This document shows, in pieces, positions 1 through 9,743 of a stretch of 64,000 bases of DNA. Source of the stretch: Candidatus Dadabacteria bacterium (GTDB taxonomy: Bacteria > Desulfobacterota_D > UBA1144 > Nemesobacterales > JADFKM01); contig JADFKM010000001.1 in NCBI GenBank assembly GCA_022564935.1, positions 464 to 64,463 on the forward strand. The letters are read 5' to 3'. The position numbers were made by a program, and so were the translations under genes. Each line of letters starts with the position of its first letter. Positions within the stretch are counted from its first letter, which is position 1. The notes beneath the pieces were generated by a model. That model did not search any database and was not told where the DNA came from. It saw nothing but the letters and a program-made list of their open reading frames with translations.

Positions 1-1
1 G

Positions 2-1066
2 TCCCACGCCGACCGCATCCTGCAGCTACCACCGGGCTTCGTCACCATCGCCTCCTCCCTAAACTCCCCCATAGCCGCGATCAAGAGCGAGGAGATGCAA
101 ATATACTGCACACAGTTCCATCCCGAGGTCGTCCATACCATGCAGGGCATGGACATCCTCTCGAACTTCGTTCTCGGAATAGCGGGCTGCGAGGCCGACT
201 GGACTCCCCGCTCGTTCGTCGAGGTCGCCATAAGGGACATACGCGAGAGGGTGGGCGATGGGAGTGTAATCTGCGCCCTTTCGGGGGGCGTGGACTCTGC
301 TGTGACTGCGATGATAGTGGAGCGGGCGGTGTACGACAGGCTGCGCTGCATATTCGTGGACACGGGGCTTCTGAGGCAGGGGGAAGCAGTGCAGGTGGTG
401 GAGACCTTTACCGGGATGGGGTTTAACCTCATACACGTAGACGCGGTAGATAGGTTCCTTAAAAGGCTCAAGGGTGTGACAGAGCCTGAGCGGAAGCGAA
501 AGATAATCGGGGAGGAGTTCATCAGGGTGTTCGAGGAGGAGGCCGGGCGCATCGGGGGCGCTAAGTTCCTGGCGCAGGGGACCCTGTATCCCGACGTCAT
601 AGAGAGCGTGAGCGTCAGGGGGCCGTCTGCCACCATAAAATCCCACCACAACGTGGGCGGGCTTCCCGAGAGGATGGACCTCGAGCTGATAGAGCCGCTG
701 CGGGAGCTATTTAAAGACGAAGTGAGGGAGGTGGGCAGGGAGCTTGGCCTGCCGCCCGAAGCGCTCGACCGTCACCCGTTCCCGGGGCCGGGACTGGGAA
801 TAAGGATCATGGGCGAGGTGACCCCTGAGGCTCTCCACATGCTCAGGGCGGCCGACGCAATTTTCATCGAGGAGATACGCAGTGCGGGAATTTATGACGA
901 CATATGGCAGGCTTTTACCGTGTTCCTCCCCCTCAGGACTGTAGGTGTTATGGGGGACGAGAGGACGTATGAGAACATCGTTGCGCTCAGGGCGGTGACC
1001 AGCACCGACGGCATGACTGCCCAGTGGGCGCGCATACCCTACGAGGTGCTTGAAAGGGTCTCTTAG
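2..1066 (+). CDS. guaA: GMP synthase (glutamine-hydrolysing), 3' portion; 5' end lies outside the window; the ORF ends at an in-frame TAG
   Basis: The translation carries the tail of the GATase domain (QFHPEV) and the ATP-pyrophosphatase P-loop SGGVDS. The C-terminal dimerisation region ([13 protein letters not shown]) aligns with canonical GuaA. The ORF is open from the window edge. Confidence 0.9.
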   Translation, partial: SHADRILQLPPGFVTIASSLNSPIAAIKSEEMQIYCTQFHPEVVHTMQGMDILSNFVLGIAGCEADWTPRSFVEVAIRDIRERVGDGSVICALSGGVDSAVTAMIVERAVYDRLRCIFVDTGLLRQGEAVQVVETFTGMGFNLIHVDAVDRFLKRLKGVTEPERKRKIIGEEFIRVFEEEAGRIGGAKFLAQGTLYPDVIESVSVRGPSATIKSHHNVGGLPERMDLELIEPLRELFKDEVREVGRELGLPPEALDRHPFPGPGLGIRIMGEVTPEALHMLRAADAIFIEEIRSAGIYDDIWQAFTVFLPLRTVGVMGDERTYENIVALRAVTSTDGMTAQWARIPYEVLERVS

Positions 1067-1150
1067 AGGATTATAAACGAGGTGAAGGGCATAAACCGCG
1101 TAGTGTATGACGTCTCCACAAAGCCCCCGAGCACCATAGAATGGGAGTGA
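1067..1150 (+). other. guaA: Conserved GuaA C-terminal 27 codons lying in frame after the TAG at 1064-1066 ([27 protein letters not shown], then TGA)
   Basis: The same reading frame, immediately after the TAG, encodes the universally conserved GuaA terminus (...NRVVYD..KPP.TIEWE). Confidence 0.85.
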
Positions 1151-1198
1151 GCCGGGCGCCCGTGAGAGCGCGGCGTTATGGAGAACATGTGCCGAAAG

Positions 1199-1229
1199 TG
1201 TTATAATTCCTCGATAATTCTATTATAAT
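1199..1229 (+). promoter_or_regulatory. Candidate promoter for the pentapeptide-repeat gene: two TATAAT-like boxes, the first with an extended -10 (TGtTATAAT)
   Basis: gtgTTATAATtcctcgataattcTATTATAAT sits about 105-135 nt upstream of the ATG at 1334, in an AT-rich intergenic stretch. Confidence 0.3.
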
Positions 1230-1333
1230 TAGCAACTGATGCGAATTGACGCTTTAAGGCGGATGCGTGGATAAGAGGCGGAGCGGGAGGGTGTTCTAAA
1301 CGGAAGCGTTTCCCGCGGCCCGAACCGGGAAAA

Positions 1334-2392
1334 ATGATCGACAGGATAATAGACCTCTTGAGGGGCCTTAAGGATCATATAGACGCTGCAATTAAGTTGG
1401 CTAAACCCGCCCCGAATGACTTAAATCAGGGGCGTAAAGGGCTAAAAGGGAGCGGGGAGGAGCAGCGCGACCCGAAAAGAAAGCAGATCATCAAGGCGGT
1501 GCGGATGCTCGAGAGCGACCGGCTCGAAACGCGTCTCCTGGGTATAACGGAGCTCGAGGAACTGGCCAGGGATTCAAAAGACCGGCAACGCAGGATAATA
1601 GAGGCCCTTACGGCGTGTGTGAGGAGGAACTCTCCCTGGTATCTATGGAAGTCCTACGTGCAGTCCAAGGACAGCTTGCTCAAGCCCGGCGCCGACATTC
1701 AATCCATACTTGAGATAGTCGCTCACTACAAGCGCAAGTGGAACGGCGACGAGGATTACCCCATCGACCTGAGCAGAACCGACCTGCGCGGGGCCGACCT
1801 CCGCAGGGCGCGCCTTGAGTGGGCGAACCTTCAGGAATCCCATCTCGAGAACGCCGATATGGTGGAGGCCAACCTCCACGGCGCATTCATGGCGAAGACA
1901 AGCATAAAGAAGGTGAGGCTTCCGCTTGCCGAGCTTGCATACGCATTTCTCGAATACGCCAACATGGAGGGAGCCGACCTGAGGAACGCCAACCTCAAGA
2001 ACGCGAGGCTCATAAAGGCCAATCTCAAGTGGGCGAACCTCGGCGCCTTCATCGACCCTGAAGGTCGCATTCACGGGAGCGCCAACCTGGAGGGCGCCAA
2101 CCTGGAGGGCGCGAACCTCCAAAACGCCAACCTCAGCGGCGTCAACATGAGCGGTGCTAACCTGTGGGGGGCGAAGCTCCAGGGGGCCAATTTCGATGCG
2201 GCAATCCTCAAGGACGCCAACCTCTCGTACACGAAGCTCAAGGGGGCGAAGAACCTCACCGCAGAGCAGTTGAGCAAGGTAAAGACACTGTACCTGGCAA
2301 AGCTCGACCCGCAGCTCATGGTCGAGGTGTCTATGAAGGCGCCCCAGCTTCTAGTGCCCACAAACATCTTCGACATGCTCAAAGAGCAGTGA
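1334..2392 (+). CDS. Pentapeptide-repeat protein: N-terminal alpha domain, about 30 A(D/N)LxxA pentapeptide repeats, and a conserved C-terminal tail
   Basis: Repeats such as DLRGADLRRARLEWANLQESHLENADM ... ANLEGANLEGANLQNANLSGVNMSGANL. The C-terminal tail KNLTAEQLSKVKTLYLAKLDPQLMVEV is shared with the next gene. Confidence 0.85.
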   Translation: MIDRIIDLLRGLKDHIDAAIKLAKPAPNDLNQGRKGLKGSGEEQRDPKRKQIIKAVRMLESDRLETRLLGITELEELARDSKDRQRRIIEALTACVRRNSPWYLWKSYVQSKDSLLKPGADIQSILEIVAHYKRKWNGDEDYPIDLSRTDLRGADLRRARLEWANLQESHLENADMVEANLHGAFMAKTSIKKVRLPLAELAYAFLEYANMEGADLRNANLKNARLIKANLKWANLGAFIDPEGRIHGSANLEGANLEGANLQNANLSGVNMSGANLWGAKLQGANFDAAILKDANLSYTKLKGAKNLTAEQLSKVKTLYLAKLDPQLMVEVSMKAPQLLVPTNIFDMLKEQ

Positions 2393-2474
2393 TAAACCCC
2401 TAGTTATTGTTGCATCCCTTTGAAAGTGATACAGGGGAGCAGTATCCTGTTACTTTAAAAATCGCACATCGGAT

Positions 2475-3662
2475 ATGGATAAAGTCTTGTCGAAATTTAA
2501 AGAGAATTTAAGAAGACTTCAACGCTTTATAGGCAATTTATTGCAAAGAGTGTTAGCCGGAGTTGGCTGGGGTATGGACTCCATCAAGGTTTTGTCGGAA
2601 AAATTTTATAAGAAATTAATTTCCATATGGAAAGAAAGTATTGAAGGTCAACTCTTTCTTGTTCCATTACTTTGGAAATATAAGATTCCACTGCTAGAGA
2701 TACTGGCTTTACTTATAATTTCTTCAGTATTATTATGGGGATTTATACTTTTATTGCTGCCCCCCGCCTCCGATGTTTACAACCCGAGAAAGGAAGCCCT
2801 TGAACTTTCTATTAAAATTATCGCAGGTGCTTTATTACTCGTCGGTCTCTATTATGGTTGGCGGCGCATTACAATAGCAGAAGAAGGGCAAATAACGGAG
2901 CGGTTCACTAGGGCTATTGACCAGTTGGGGAAAATTGACAATAAAGGGAAATCAGTTATCGAAGTCCGCCTCGGCGGCATCTACGCACTTGAGCGCATAG
3001 CCCGTGACTCTGAAAAAGACCACTGGCAGATTATGGAAGTTTTGACGGCATATGTTCGTAAAAATGCTCATTGGACTGGCGAGAAGGAAAAAGAGAAAAT
3101 TGACGAAAAGTGGAAGTCTGGGGAATCTAAGGAAGTGGGTGAGCAAGGTGAAAAGAAAGAGCAAAAACCGCGTGAAGATATCCAAGCAATAATAACGGTG
3201 ATAGGTCGTAGAAGTGATGAACGCCGGAAATATGAAAAAGAAAAGGGGTATGTCATTGATTTAAGCAAAACAGACCTTCGGAGAGCCGACCTTAGGAAAG
3301 CAAAACTTGAGGGAGCCAACCTATTTGATGCAAATCTTAAGGGAGCCGACCTAAGAGGAGCAAATCTTGAGAGAGCCAGGCTAATAGGAGCAAATCTAGA
3401 GGGAGCCTGGCTATGGTCATCAAATCTTGAGGGAGCCATCCTAGTGGGAGCAAATCTTGAGGGAGCCGACCTAAAAGGAGCAAATCTAAAGGGGGCAAAT
3501 CTCAAGGGAGCTAAAAAATTAACCACAGAACAGCTTTCAAAGGTGGAAACGCTTTACGAAGCCAAATTAGATAAAGAGCTTATGGAAGAGATAAAGGAAA
3601 AATGTCCGCCTCTTCTGGAAAGACCGGAAGAGGAAATATTTGTGTTCAAGGGAGATCTTTAG
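2475..3662 (+). CDS. Membrane-anchored pentapeptide-repeat protein, a lower-GC paralog of the upstream gene
   Basis: Two predicted TM helices ([23 protein letters not shown] and [17 protein letters not shown]). Shared N-domain motif ([24 protein letters not shown] versus ELARDSKDRQ..ALTACVRRNSPW). A KE-rich linker, pentapeptide repeats ([43 protein letters not shown]) and the same tail [29 protein letters not shown] stop. Confidence 0.85.
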   Translation: MDKVLSKFKENLRRLQRFIGNLLQRVLAGVGWGMDSIKVLSEKFYKKLISIWKESIEGQLFLVPLLWKYKIPLLEILALLIISSVLLWGFILLLLPPASDVYNPRKEALELSIKIIAGALLLVGLYYGWRRITIAEEGQITERFTRAIDQLGKIDNKGKSVIEVRLGGIYALERIARDSEKDHWQIMEVLTAYVRKNAHWTGEKEKEKIDEKWKSGESKEVGEQGEKKEQKPREDIQAIITVIGRRSDERRKYEKEKGYVIDLSKTDLRRADLRKAKLEGANLFDANLKGADLRGANLERARLIGANLEGAWLWSSNLEGAILVGANLEGADLKGANLKGANLKGAKKLTTEQLSKVETLYEAKLDKELMEEIKEKCPPLLERPEEEIFVFKGDL

Positions 3663-3667
3663 CAAGT

Positions 3668-4464
3668 TCACCCGCTCCTGAGCACGAACTTTACGGGCAC
3701 GGTGACCCAGCTTGCCACAGGCACTCCGGCTCTCCGGCCGGGATAAAAAACCCACTGCTTCACGGCATTAAGCGCCGAGTCGTCAAGCGCCTCGTGGCCC
3801 GAGGAGCGCTTAAGCTCCAACGCGCCGACGGTGCCGTCCTCAAGCACACGCACCCTCAACAAAACCGTCCCCTGCTCTCCCCTGCGCCTGGCCGAGGGCG
3901 GGTAGGGAGGCTTTGGGTTGAGTCTGTAGTCGGGGTGAGCCGTGACCTCCACGGCGGGCAGTGTGTGCGACTCCCCGGAGCTTGAAGAGGCAGACAGAAG
4001 GCTAAGCTGCTCCTCGTTATTGTGCGGGTTATTATGCGGGCTATTTTGCTGGCTATTTTCCCGGCTACTTTTCTTGCGGTCTTGAGTTGCGGAAGCGGCG
4101 CTTTCACGAGGCGGGCTCAGTGTGAGTGAATCGGCTTGTATAGGCGTTGACTTTACGTAGGGTTCGCTCGTTTGCCGCTGCGGGCTCGGGATAGGTGAAA
4201 CTGCATCTATTGGCGCCGGTTGTTCGCTTGTTTTCGTGTGTGCCCGAACGGTGGTTTTGCTCTTTTGTGTGCGCTCTTGTTTATCGGCACCCCTGCTCAC
4301 GACCTGTATGTTTATCAGGCCGCGTCCGGAGGTGTGTACCTCGATGCGGAAGAAGACCGACAGCGCAGATACCAGGGCGATGTGGAGCGTGATGGAGATT
4401 AAGAGGAACTTCCAGATGCGCCCGCGGGGGTTACGATTGCCCTCGGCTCCGTTTTTTCCCGCAT
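3668..4464 (-). CDS. tonB: TonB-family energy transducer. The annotated GTG at 4300 is too far downstream. The TM helix with the SxxxH signature lies upstream, and the probable ATG at 4462-4464 is in the +1 frame across a T6 run.
   Basis: C-terminal TonB domain (GTVLLRVRVLEDGTVGALELKRSSGHEALDDSALNAVKQWVFYPGRRAGVPVASWVTVPVKFVL) and a Pro-rich spacer (PKPPYPP). Upstream in the same frame is the TM helix IWKFLLISITLHIALVSALSVFF, with no ATG/GTG/TTG before an in-frame TGA. Confidence 0.7.
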
Positions 4465-4675
4465 CACGCGCTGCTATGTCTCTGCCCTCCGGTGCGTGTT
4501 TTCAAGACCGCGGATTGTACCGTTAGAGCTAAATATTATAGTCGAGTCGGGGAAAAATCCAGGCAAAAGCGGCGGGGTAGAAGGGTGGAGGGAGTAAAAA
4601 GTTTGGTTAGGGCGGCGCATGACTTCCATGTGGGTAGGGGATGATTGGTTGTGATAAGAGGGGGTAACCGGAGGG

Positions 4676-5698
4676 CTAATCGGCCGCCTTAACGAGGTTG
4701 CGCCCCGAGCGCTTGGCGTCGTAAAGGGCCTCGTCCGCGGCGGCGAAGAAGCACCGGAACTTCGAGTTCCTCTTGGGGGAATGGGAAGCTGCGCCTATGC
4801 TTACGGTCAGGTACTTGTACACCTTGGATTTATCGTGCGGTATTTGGAGCTTAATTACGCTCTCGCGCATCTTCTCGGCCACCGTCAGAGCGCCGTTTAT
4901 GTCGGTGTTGGGAAGGAGCGCCGCGAACTCTTCGCCGCCGTGGCGGGCTATGATGTCAGTGGAGCGGTTGAGGGTGTCCTGGAGTGAGTTAGCGACTTTT
5001 ATAAGGCATTCGTCTCCCATCAGGTGTCCGTGGGCGTCGTTGTAAGGCTTGAAGTGGTCAATGTCGACGATAAGCAGCGTAAGGGGCATGGATTCCCTTG
5101 TGGCGCGGCTCCACTCGATGTCGAGGAACTCGTCGAAGCCCCTGCGGTTCGAGATGCCCGTGAGCCCGTCCATGGTGGATATGCGCCGGAACTCCCTGTC
5201 TGCCTCTTCGATGCGCTGCTGGAGCTGCAGGATCTTGTAGTCCCGCTCCAGGAGAGCCTCTTTCGTTTCGATAAGCAGCCGCTCCTGCGCCCTTTTCTTG
5301 CGAGCCTCAACGGTGATCCTGAGCGTGTTGGCCACCCTGGCCAGGAGCACGGGCTTTTTGAGCGGAGCGGTCACAAAGTCCGTCAAGCCCGCATCGAAGA
5401 ACTTCTCCAGGAAGTCGTGATGGGTGTCTTCTGTGATCCCAAGGATGGGGATAGCGTTCGTGAGTTCGCCTGCGGCAAGCTCCCTGCATGACGAAAGCCC
5501 CTTGCCAGGGCGGATGTCGAGTATGATCAGATCCGGGGCGAATGCCTTTTCGATGCTGGGCCTAGTCTCATTGAGCTTCTCGAAGAGCTCCGCGGGCGAG
5601 GGAAACAGCAGCAGATCGGAGTAGCCGGCGGAGTGCAGGAGGGATTTGAGCTTCGAGGCGGTTTTTTCCGCTAAATCTATGGTTGCTATGGCGCTCAT
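4676..5698 (-). CDS. Response-regulator-like (degenerate REC) GGDEF diguanylate cyclase
   Basis: C-terminal GGDEF domain (DGLTGISNRRGFDE...RHGGEEFAALLPNT...ALYDAKRSGRN). The N-terminal CheY-like fold has phospho-acceptor D in LIILDIRP but lacks the usual N-terminal acidic pair. A coiled-coil linker joins them. Likely start is MSAIATIDL. TAG stop. Confidence 0.8.
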   Translation of the reverse strand: MSAIATIDLAEKTASKLKSLLHSAGYSDLLLFPSPAELFEKLNETRPSIEKAFAPDLIILDIRPGKGLSSCRELAAGELTNAIPILGITEDTHHDFLEKFFDAGLTDFVTAPLKKPVLLARVANTLRITVEARKKRAQERLLIETKEALLERDYKILQLQQRIEEADREFRRISTMDGLTGISNRRGFDEFLDIEWSRATRESMPLTLLIVDIDHFKPYNDAHGHLMGDECLIKVANSLQDTLNRSTDIIARHGGEEFAALLPNTDINGALTVAEKMRESVIKLQIPHDKSKVYKYLTVSIGAASHSPKRNSKFRCFFAAADEALYDAKRSGRNLVKAAD

Positions 5699-5865
5699 TT
5701 GATTTACATTAACGGCTTGGAGCCGGGTCTCAAACCCTTGCCCCCTCAATACGGGCTTTCGGTAATGATAGTATAATCCGGGGGGCGATTTCAAGCACAT
5801 GCCCCTCGGGGGGCAGCTGCGCTTCGGCGCGGGCGTGTGTCGCGGCGCCGGTGGAAGGGCAGCCC

Positions 5866-7104
5866 TCAGCCTCGGCTACTTTTTTTACCCACCACGACTT
5901 TAAGCTCCTCTATGGTCCTGGGAGAGGCCTTTGTGACAGTAAATTTTTTGTTCTCGTATTGTATTGTGTCCCCGACATTGGGTATGGAGCCGAATCTTGA
6001 CAGTACGAATCCGCTCAGGGTTTCGTAGTCCCCCTCGGGTATGTTGAGACGCAGCTCTTCGTTTAACATGTCGATCTCGATCCCGGGGTTCACCAGGAAC
6101 TGGTTTTCACTGATCTTTCTCCACAGCTTTACGCCCTTGTCGTACTCGTCCTCTATCTCTCCCACTACCTCTTCGAGTATGTCCTCGATGGTCACGGCCC
6201 CGACGGCACCCCCGTATTCGTCCACCACCACGGCCATGCCCGCCGTGCTCTTCTTCATGAAATCGAGCAGCTCGTCGACGCCCATGCTTTCGGGAACGTA
6301 CATGGGCTTTCGGGAGAAGTTTTTCACAGGCGCTTTGGGCTCAGCTCCCAGCAGGTAAAAGGCGTGGAGCATACCGGTGATGTTGTCCACCCTGTCGTGG
6401 TAGATGGGCATTCTGGTGTGGCCGGTTTGTTTGATAATGCCTATTGCATCGCGAGCCGAGGTGTCTTCGCTCACGGCTGTTACGTTTATAAGCGGGATCA
6501 TGATCTCATCCGCGCGGGTCTCCGAGAAGTCGAATATCCTCTTCATGATGAGCTCCTGCTTCCTGGGGTTGGGCTTGGTGGCTTCCTGCTGGATGGCGAG
6601 GCGCAGCTCCTCTCTGGTTATAAAGGGGTTTTCCGTGCTCCCTATAAGATTCAATGCCGCCGAGGTGAACTTCCTGACCAGGAAGAGGACGGGGAAGAAC
6701 AGCTTCGAGGCTACCCACAGGGGGTATATGGAGGCGAGCGCCATCGGGTTGCTGTGCTTATGGAACACGGCCTTGGGCACCACCTGGCCGAATACCACTA
6801 TCAGGGGCGAGAGGATCAGGATGGTGTAGAATTCGCTCCCCGCTCCGTAGCGGTCTTGGATGAAGAAGGTCAGCACGACCGTACTCACGATGAGCGAGAG
6901 GTTTATGCCCACCAGCGTGGTGCTGATGAAGTGCTCTATTTCGTGGAAGGAGCGCATCAGCAGTACTGCCCTCTTCGAGCCCTTCTCGGACAGGGCTTTG
7001 ATCTTGATCTTGTCGCACGACACGAGGGCAATCTCGGAGCCTGCGAAAAAGGCCTGGAGCACGAGACAGAGCGCTATCACCACCACAACGAACTCAAGCG
7101 ACAT
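5866..7104 (-). CDS. CNNM/CorC/HlyC-family membrane protein (DUF21 TM domain, CBS pair, CorC_HlyC C-domain)
   Basis: N-terminal 4-TM DUF21 ([11 protein letters not shown]), CBS-pair region ([11 protein letters not shown]...[28 protein letters not shown]) and a C-terminal transporter-associated domain. Confidence 0.8.
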   Translation of the reverse strand: MSLEFVVVVIALCLVLQAFFAGSEIALVSCDKIKIKALSEKGSKRAVLLMRSFHEIEHFISTTLVGINLSLIVSTVVLTFFIQDRYGAGSEFYTILILSPLIVVFGQVVPKAVFHKHSNPMALASIYPLWVASKLFFPVLFLVRKFTSAALNLIGSTENPFITREELRLAIQQEATKPNPRKQELIMKRIFDFSETRADEIMIPLINVTAVSEDTSARDAIGIIKQTGHTRMPIYHDRVDNITGMLHAFYLLGAEPKAPVKNFSRKPMYVPESMGVDELLDFMKKSTAGMAVVVDEYGGAVGAVTIEDILEEVVGEIEDEYDKGVKLWRKISENQFLVNPGIEIDMLNEELRLNIPEGDYETLSGFVLSRFGSIPNVGDTIQYENKKFTVTKASPRTIEELKVVVGKKSSRG

Positions 7105-8434
7105 TGGCCACCTCCCCCTCGTCCCTCCTCACGCGGAGCTGCGATATCCTCTTGCCCGAAATGCCCGTAACGGTGAACTGGATGCTCCCGAAATTTACCT
7201 GCTCCCCGCTCTGGGGAAGCCTTCCGAACAGCTCAAACACGAACCCCCCGATTGTTTCGGGCTCCATATTCCTGATTATCGAGCTCTCGATTTCAGTGCC
7301 CAGTCGCTCTATGCCCCCGTACCTCAGGACGTTAAAGAGAAGGGAGCCGTTGAACTGGTCTATTTTCATGCTCCCGGGGACTATGAACGACTCCTCGTCC
7401 CTCGTGAAAAGGGGCTCCTGGGCCAGCCGCCTCTCATCCTCGAACTCGCCGAACAGCTCTTCGAGTATGTCTTCCATGGTCACCACACCCTCGACCCTTC
7501 CGTACTCGTCCACGGGAATTGCCATGTGAATCCTCTTTTGCTGGAACTCGGTTAGGAGCTCAAGGCCGTTTTTGTTGGTGGGGATGAAGTAGGGCGGCCT
7601 GCATATCTGCTCGATGCTCGTATCGGGTTGTTTGTCGGCGGTGAGCAGGTCTTTTGCGAATAGGATTCCCACTATGTTGTCCCTTTCGCCCTTGTAGACC
7701 GGTATTCTTGAAAAGCCCTTGCCGGTAACCTCCCCGAGAGACCGCTCTAGGGTCAACTCGGCGGGCAGCATGAAGCATTTGATGGCGGGGGTCATTATTT
7801 TGTATGCCGAGACGTCTTCGAGCTTGAAAAGCCCCTCGACCAGCTTCCTCTCTATATTGGTCATTACGCCCTGCTCGCCGCCGATGCCAAGCAGCGCCCT
7901 GACCTCTTCGCTGGAGAAACCCCTGGAGGGCTCGCGGCGCATGTTCACCCCAAGCAGCCGCACAATCATGACCGAGACTGCCGTGAAGACCCACCTAATG
8001 GGGGTTATCGAGAGGTGAAAGTAGCTTATGGGGTATGCCACTGCGGTCGAGATAAACCTGGGGAACTTTACCGCAATTGTCTTGGGCCCGATTTCGCCGA
8101 GTAGCAGCAGGGTTGGGGCAGCGATGAGAAGCGAGAGAAGGGTGAGGAAGTTCTCGGAGGAGTGGGAGAGGAGCTTCCTCACGGTGAGGGCGACCATACT
8201 TGTGTATGCGACGTTGAACACCTCGTCTGCAAGCAGTATGGTCGTTATGAGCTTGTGGGGCTCTTTGAGGAGCGCCTCTATTTTCTTTGAGCTCCTGGGG
8301 CGCTCTTTTTTGAGCCTGTCGCGCTGGTGCCGGCCCAGGGAAAACAGGCTGGTTTCCGACATGGAGAAAAACCCCGAGAGTCCGAGGAGAATGATCATAA
8401 GTATTAAGCTGGAAAGCAGCGGCAGCTCCGTCAT
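7094..8434 (-). CDS. Second CNNM/CorC-family membrane protein, overlapping the downstream paralog by 11 nt
   Basis: DUF21 (FFSMSETSLFSL), CBS pair (VSAYKIMTPAIK...DEYGRVEGVVTMEDILEELFGEFEDE) and a CorC_HlyC-like C-terminus. Confidence 0.8.
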   Translation of the reverse strand: MTELPLLSSLILMIILLGLSGFFSMSETSLFSLGRHQRDRLKKERPRSSKKIEALLKEPHKLITTILLADEVFNVAYTSMVALTVRKLLSHSSENFLTLLSLLIAAPTLLLLGEIGPKTIAVKFPRFISTAVAYPISYFHLSITPIRWVFTAVSVMIVRLLGVNMRREPSRGFSSEEVRALLGIGGEQGVMTNIERKLVEGLFKLEDVSAYKIMTPAIKCFMLPAELTLERSLGEVTGKGFSRIPVYKGERDNIVGILFAKDLLTADKQPDTSIEQICRPPYFIPTNKNGLELLTEFQQKRIHMAIPVDEYGRVEGVVTMEDILEELFGEFEDERRLAQEPLFTRDEESFIVPGSMKIDQFNGSLLFNVLRYGGIERLGTEIESSIIRNMEPETIGGFVFELFGRLPQSGEQVNFGSIQFTVTGISGKRISQLRVRRDEGEVANVA

Positions 8435-9420
8435 CGTTTTTCGCCGAAGTGGACAAAACCCTTCTTTTCGTATTTTGCCTCTTCCCCTCCGCGCTCAAGA
8501 ACCCTTAGGCCGGGGGATGCTGTAGTTGAGCCTATCTTGGTAATTTGAACCCCGAGGGACTGTCCCAGGGCCGCGAGCTCTCCGGTGAGGCCCGCCCTTG
8601 CCGTAAAGAGCAGCTCGTAGTCCTCTCCGCCCGAAAGGGCCAGCTCGAAGAGGTCTTCGTGGAGCTTGTCCGATAGCTCACGGAGCGCCCCTGAAAGGGG
8701 AAGGTCGTTAAGACGAACCTCGGCTCCCAGGCCGGATGGCCCGACGATGCGCAGCAAGTCGAGCAGCAGGCCGTCGCTTACATCTATCATCGCCGCGGCA
8801 AGCCCACGCAAGGCAAGCTCCCTTCCGAGCGAGAGCCTGGGGGTGGGGTGTGTATACCTGCTAAGCAACTGCGCTGCGGCCTCGCCTCGGGCGACCATGC
8901 CTTCGGCCTTCAAGCCCAGAGCGGCGTCACCCAGGGTGCCGCTCACGTAGATGTCCTGCCCGGCGCTTGCTCCTGACCTTCTGACCAGGTGCTCGGGCTC
9001 CACTTCACCCAGGGCAGTGATGTCTATAAACAGCGTGTCCGAGGCGCATATGTTGCCCCCGATAAGCTCCACGCCGAATTCGTGACAGGACTCCGAGAAC
9101 CCCTCGATAAGCTCCTTGAAGAACGCCTCTTCGACCCACCCGGGGAGTCCCGCAGAGGCGAGGAAGAACTTGGGCACTCCGCCCATCGCCCCTATGTCGC
9201 TCAGGGCCACAGCGATGGCCTTGCGCGCAAGCTCCCTGGGGCCGATGCGGGACAGTGTAAAGTGGGTGCCCTCGACCTGTGAGTCGGTTGTGGCGAGCTG
9301 GAGCTTTTTTGAGCCGCTCCTCAAAGCGGCTGCGTCGTCTCCAATACCTAGCTCAACGCAGCGAGACACGGGTGAGAATCGCTCTTCCAAAAGCTTTAGG
9401 GCACTTAACTCATCAATCAT
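8431..9420 (-). CDS. thiL: Thiamine-monophosphate kinase
   Basis: AIR-synthase-related fold with ThiL motifs (GDDAAAL, ATTDSQVEGTHF, AIAVALSDIGAMGG, IDVSDGLLLDL, GGEDYELLFT). 4-nt overlap with the upstream gene. Confidence 0.85.
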   Translation of the reverse strand: MIDELSALKLLEERFSPVSRCVELGIGDDAAALRSGSKKLQLATTDSQVEGTHFTLSRIGPRELARKAIAVALSDIGAMGGVPKFFLASAGLPGWVEEAFFKELIEGFSESCHEFGVELIGGNICASDTLFIDITALGEVEPEHLVRRSGASAGQDIYVSGTLGDAALGLKAEGMVARGEAAAQLLSRYTHPTPRLSLGRELALRGLAAAMIDVSDGLLLDLLRIVGPSGLGAEVRLNDLPLSGALRELSDKLHEDLFELALSGGEDYELLFTARAGLTGELAALGQSLGVQITKIGSTTASPGLRVLERGGEEAKYEKKGFVHFGEKR

Positions 9421-9743
9421 TTTAGTCTATGATTGTAAATGGCGTGTTCAGCGCGGCTGGAGTTTTGCGTAAGGTTATAAACTGAAAGGAAAGAAAAACG
9501 GATTTATTAAGTGACTTGTCCATAGTTCTATCTTAAACTATGTGGATAGATTTAAACTCCCTCTACGAAATTCGTTATCCCCAACTATTGCTTATTCCCC
9601 AATACCCCCCCCTCTAAAATAATAGGGGGTACGGGGGGATATGTCAAACGTAAGCATTTGGTTTTGCAGTGCTTCTCTTTATCATCGACTGTGCCATTTT
9701 CTAATATTAGATTGTCTTAAGTTTCATTTTAACCCTGCAATTG

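Noticed and set aside
59-649. 196-aa minus-strand ORF antisense to guaA
   Set aside because: Lies entirely inside the strongly conserved guaA frame. A high-GC antisense frame artefact.
1643-2382. Several 60-160-aa ORFs on both strands inside the first pentapeptide-repeat gene
   Set aside because: Generated by the repetitive GC-rich pentapeptide coding sequence. No independent signal.
6364-7555. 268-aa and 231-aa plus-strand ORFs
   Set aside because: Antisense to the two CNNM genes, which have clear domain homology. Low-complexity His/Arg/Gly-rich translations typical of GC-rich antisense frames.
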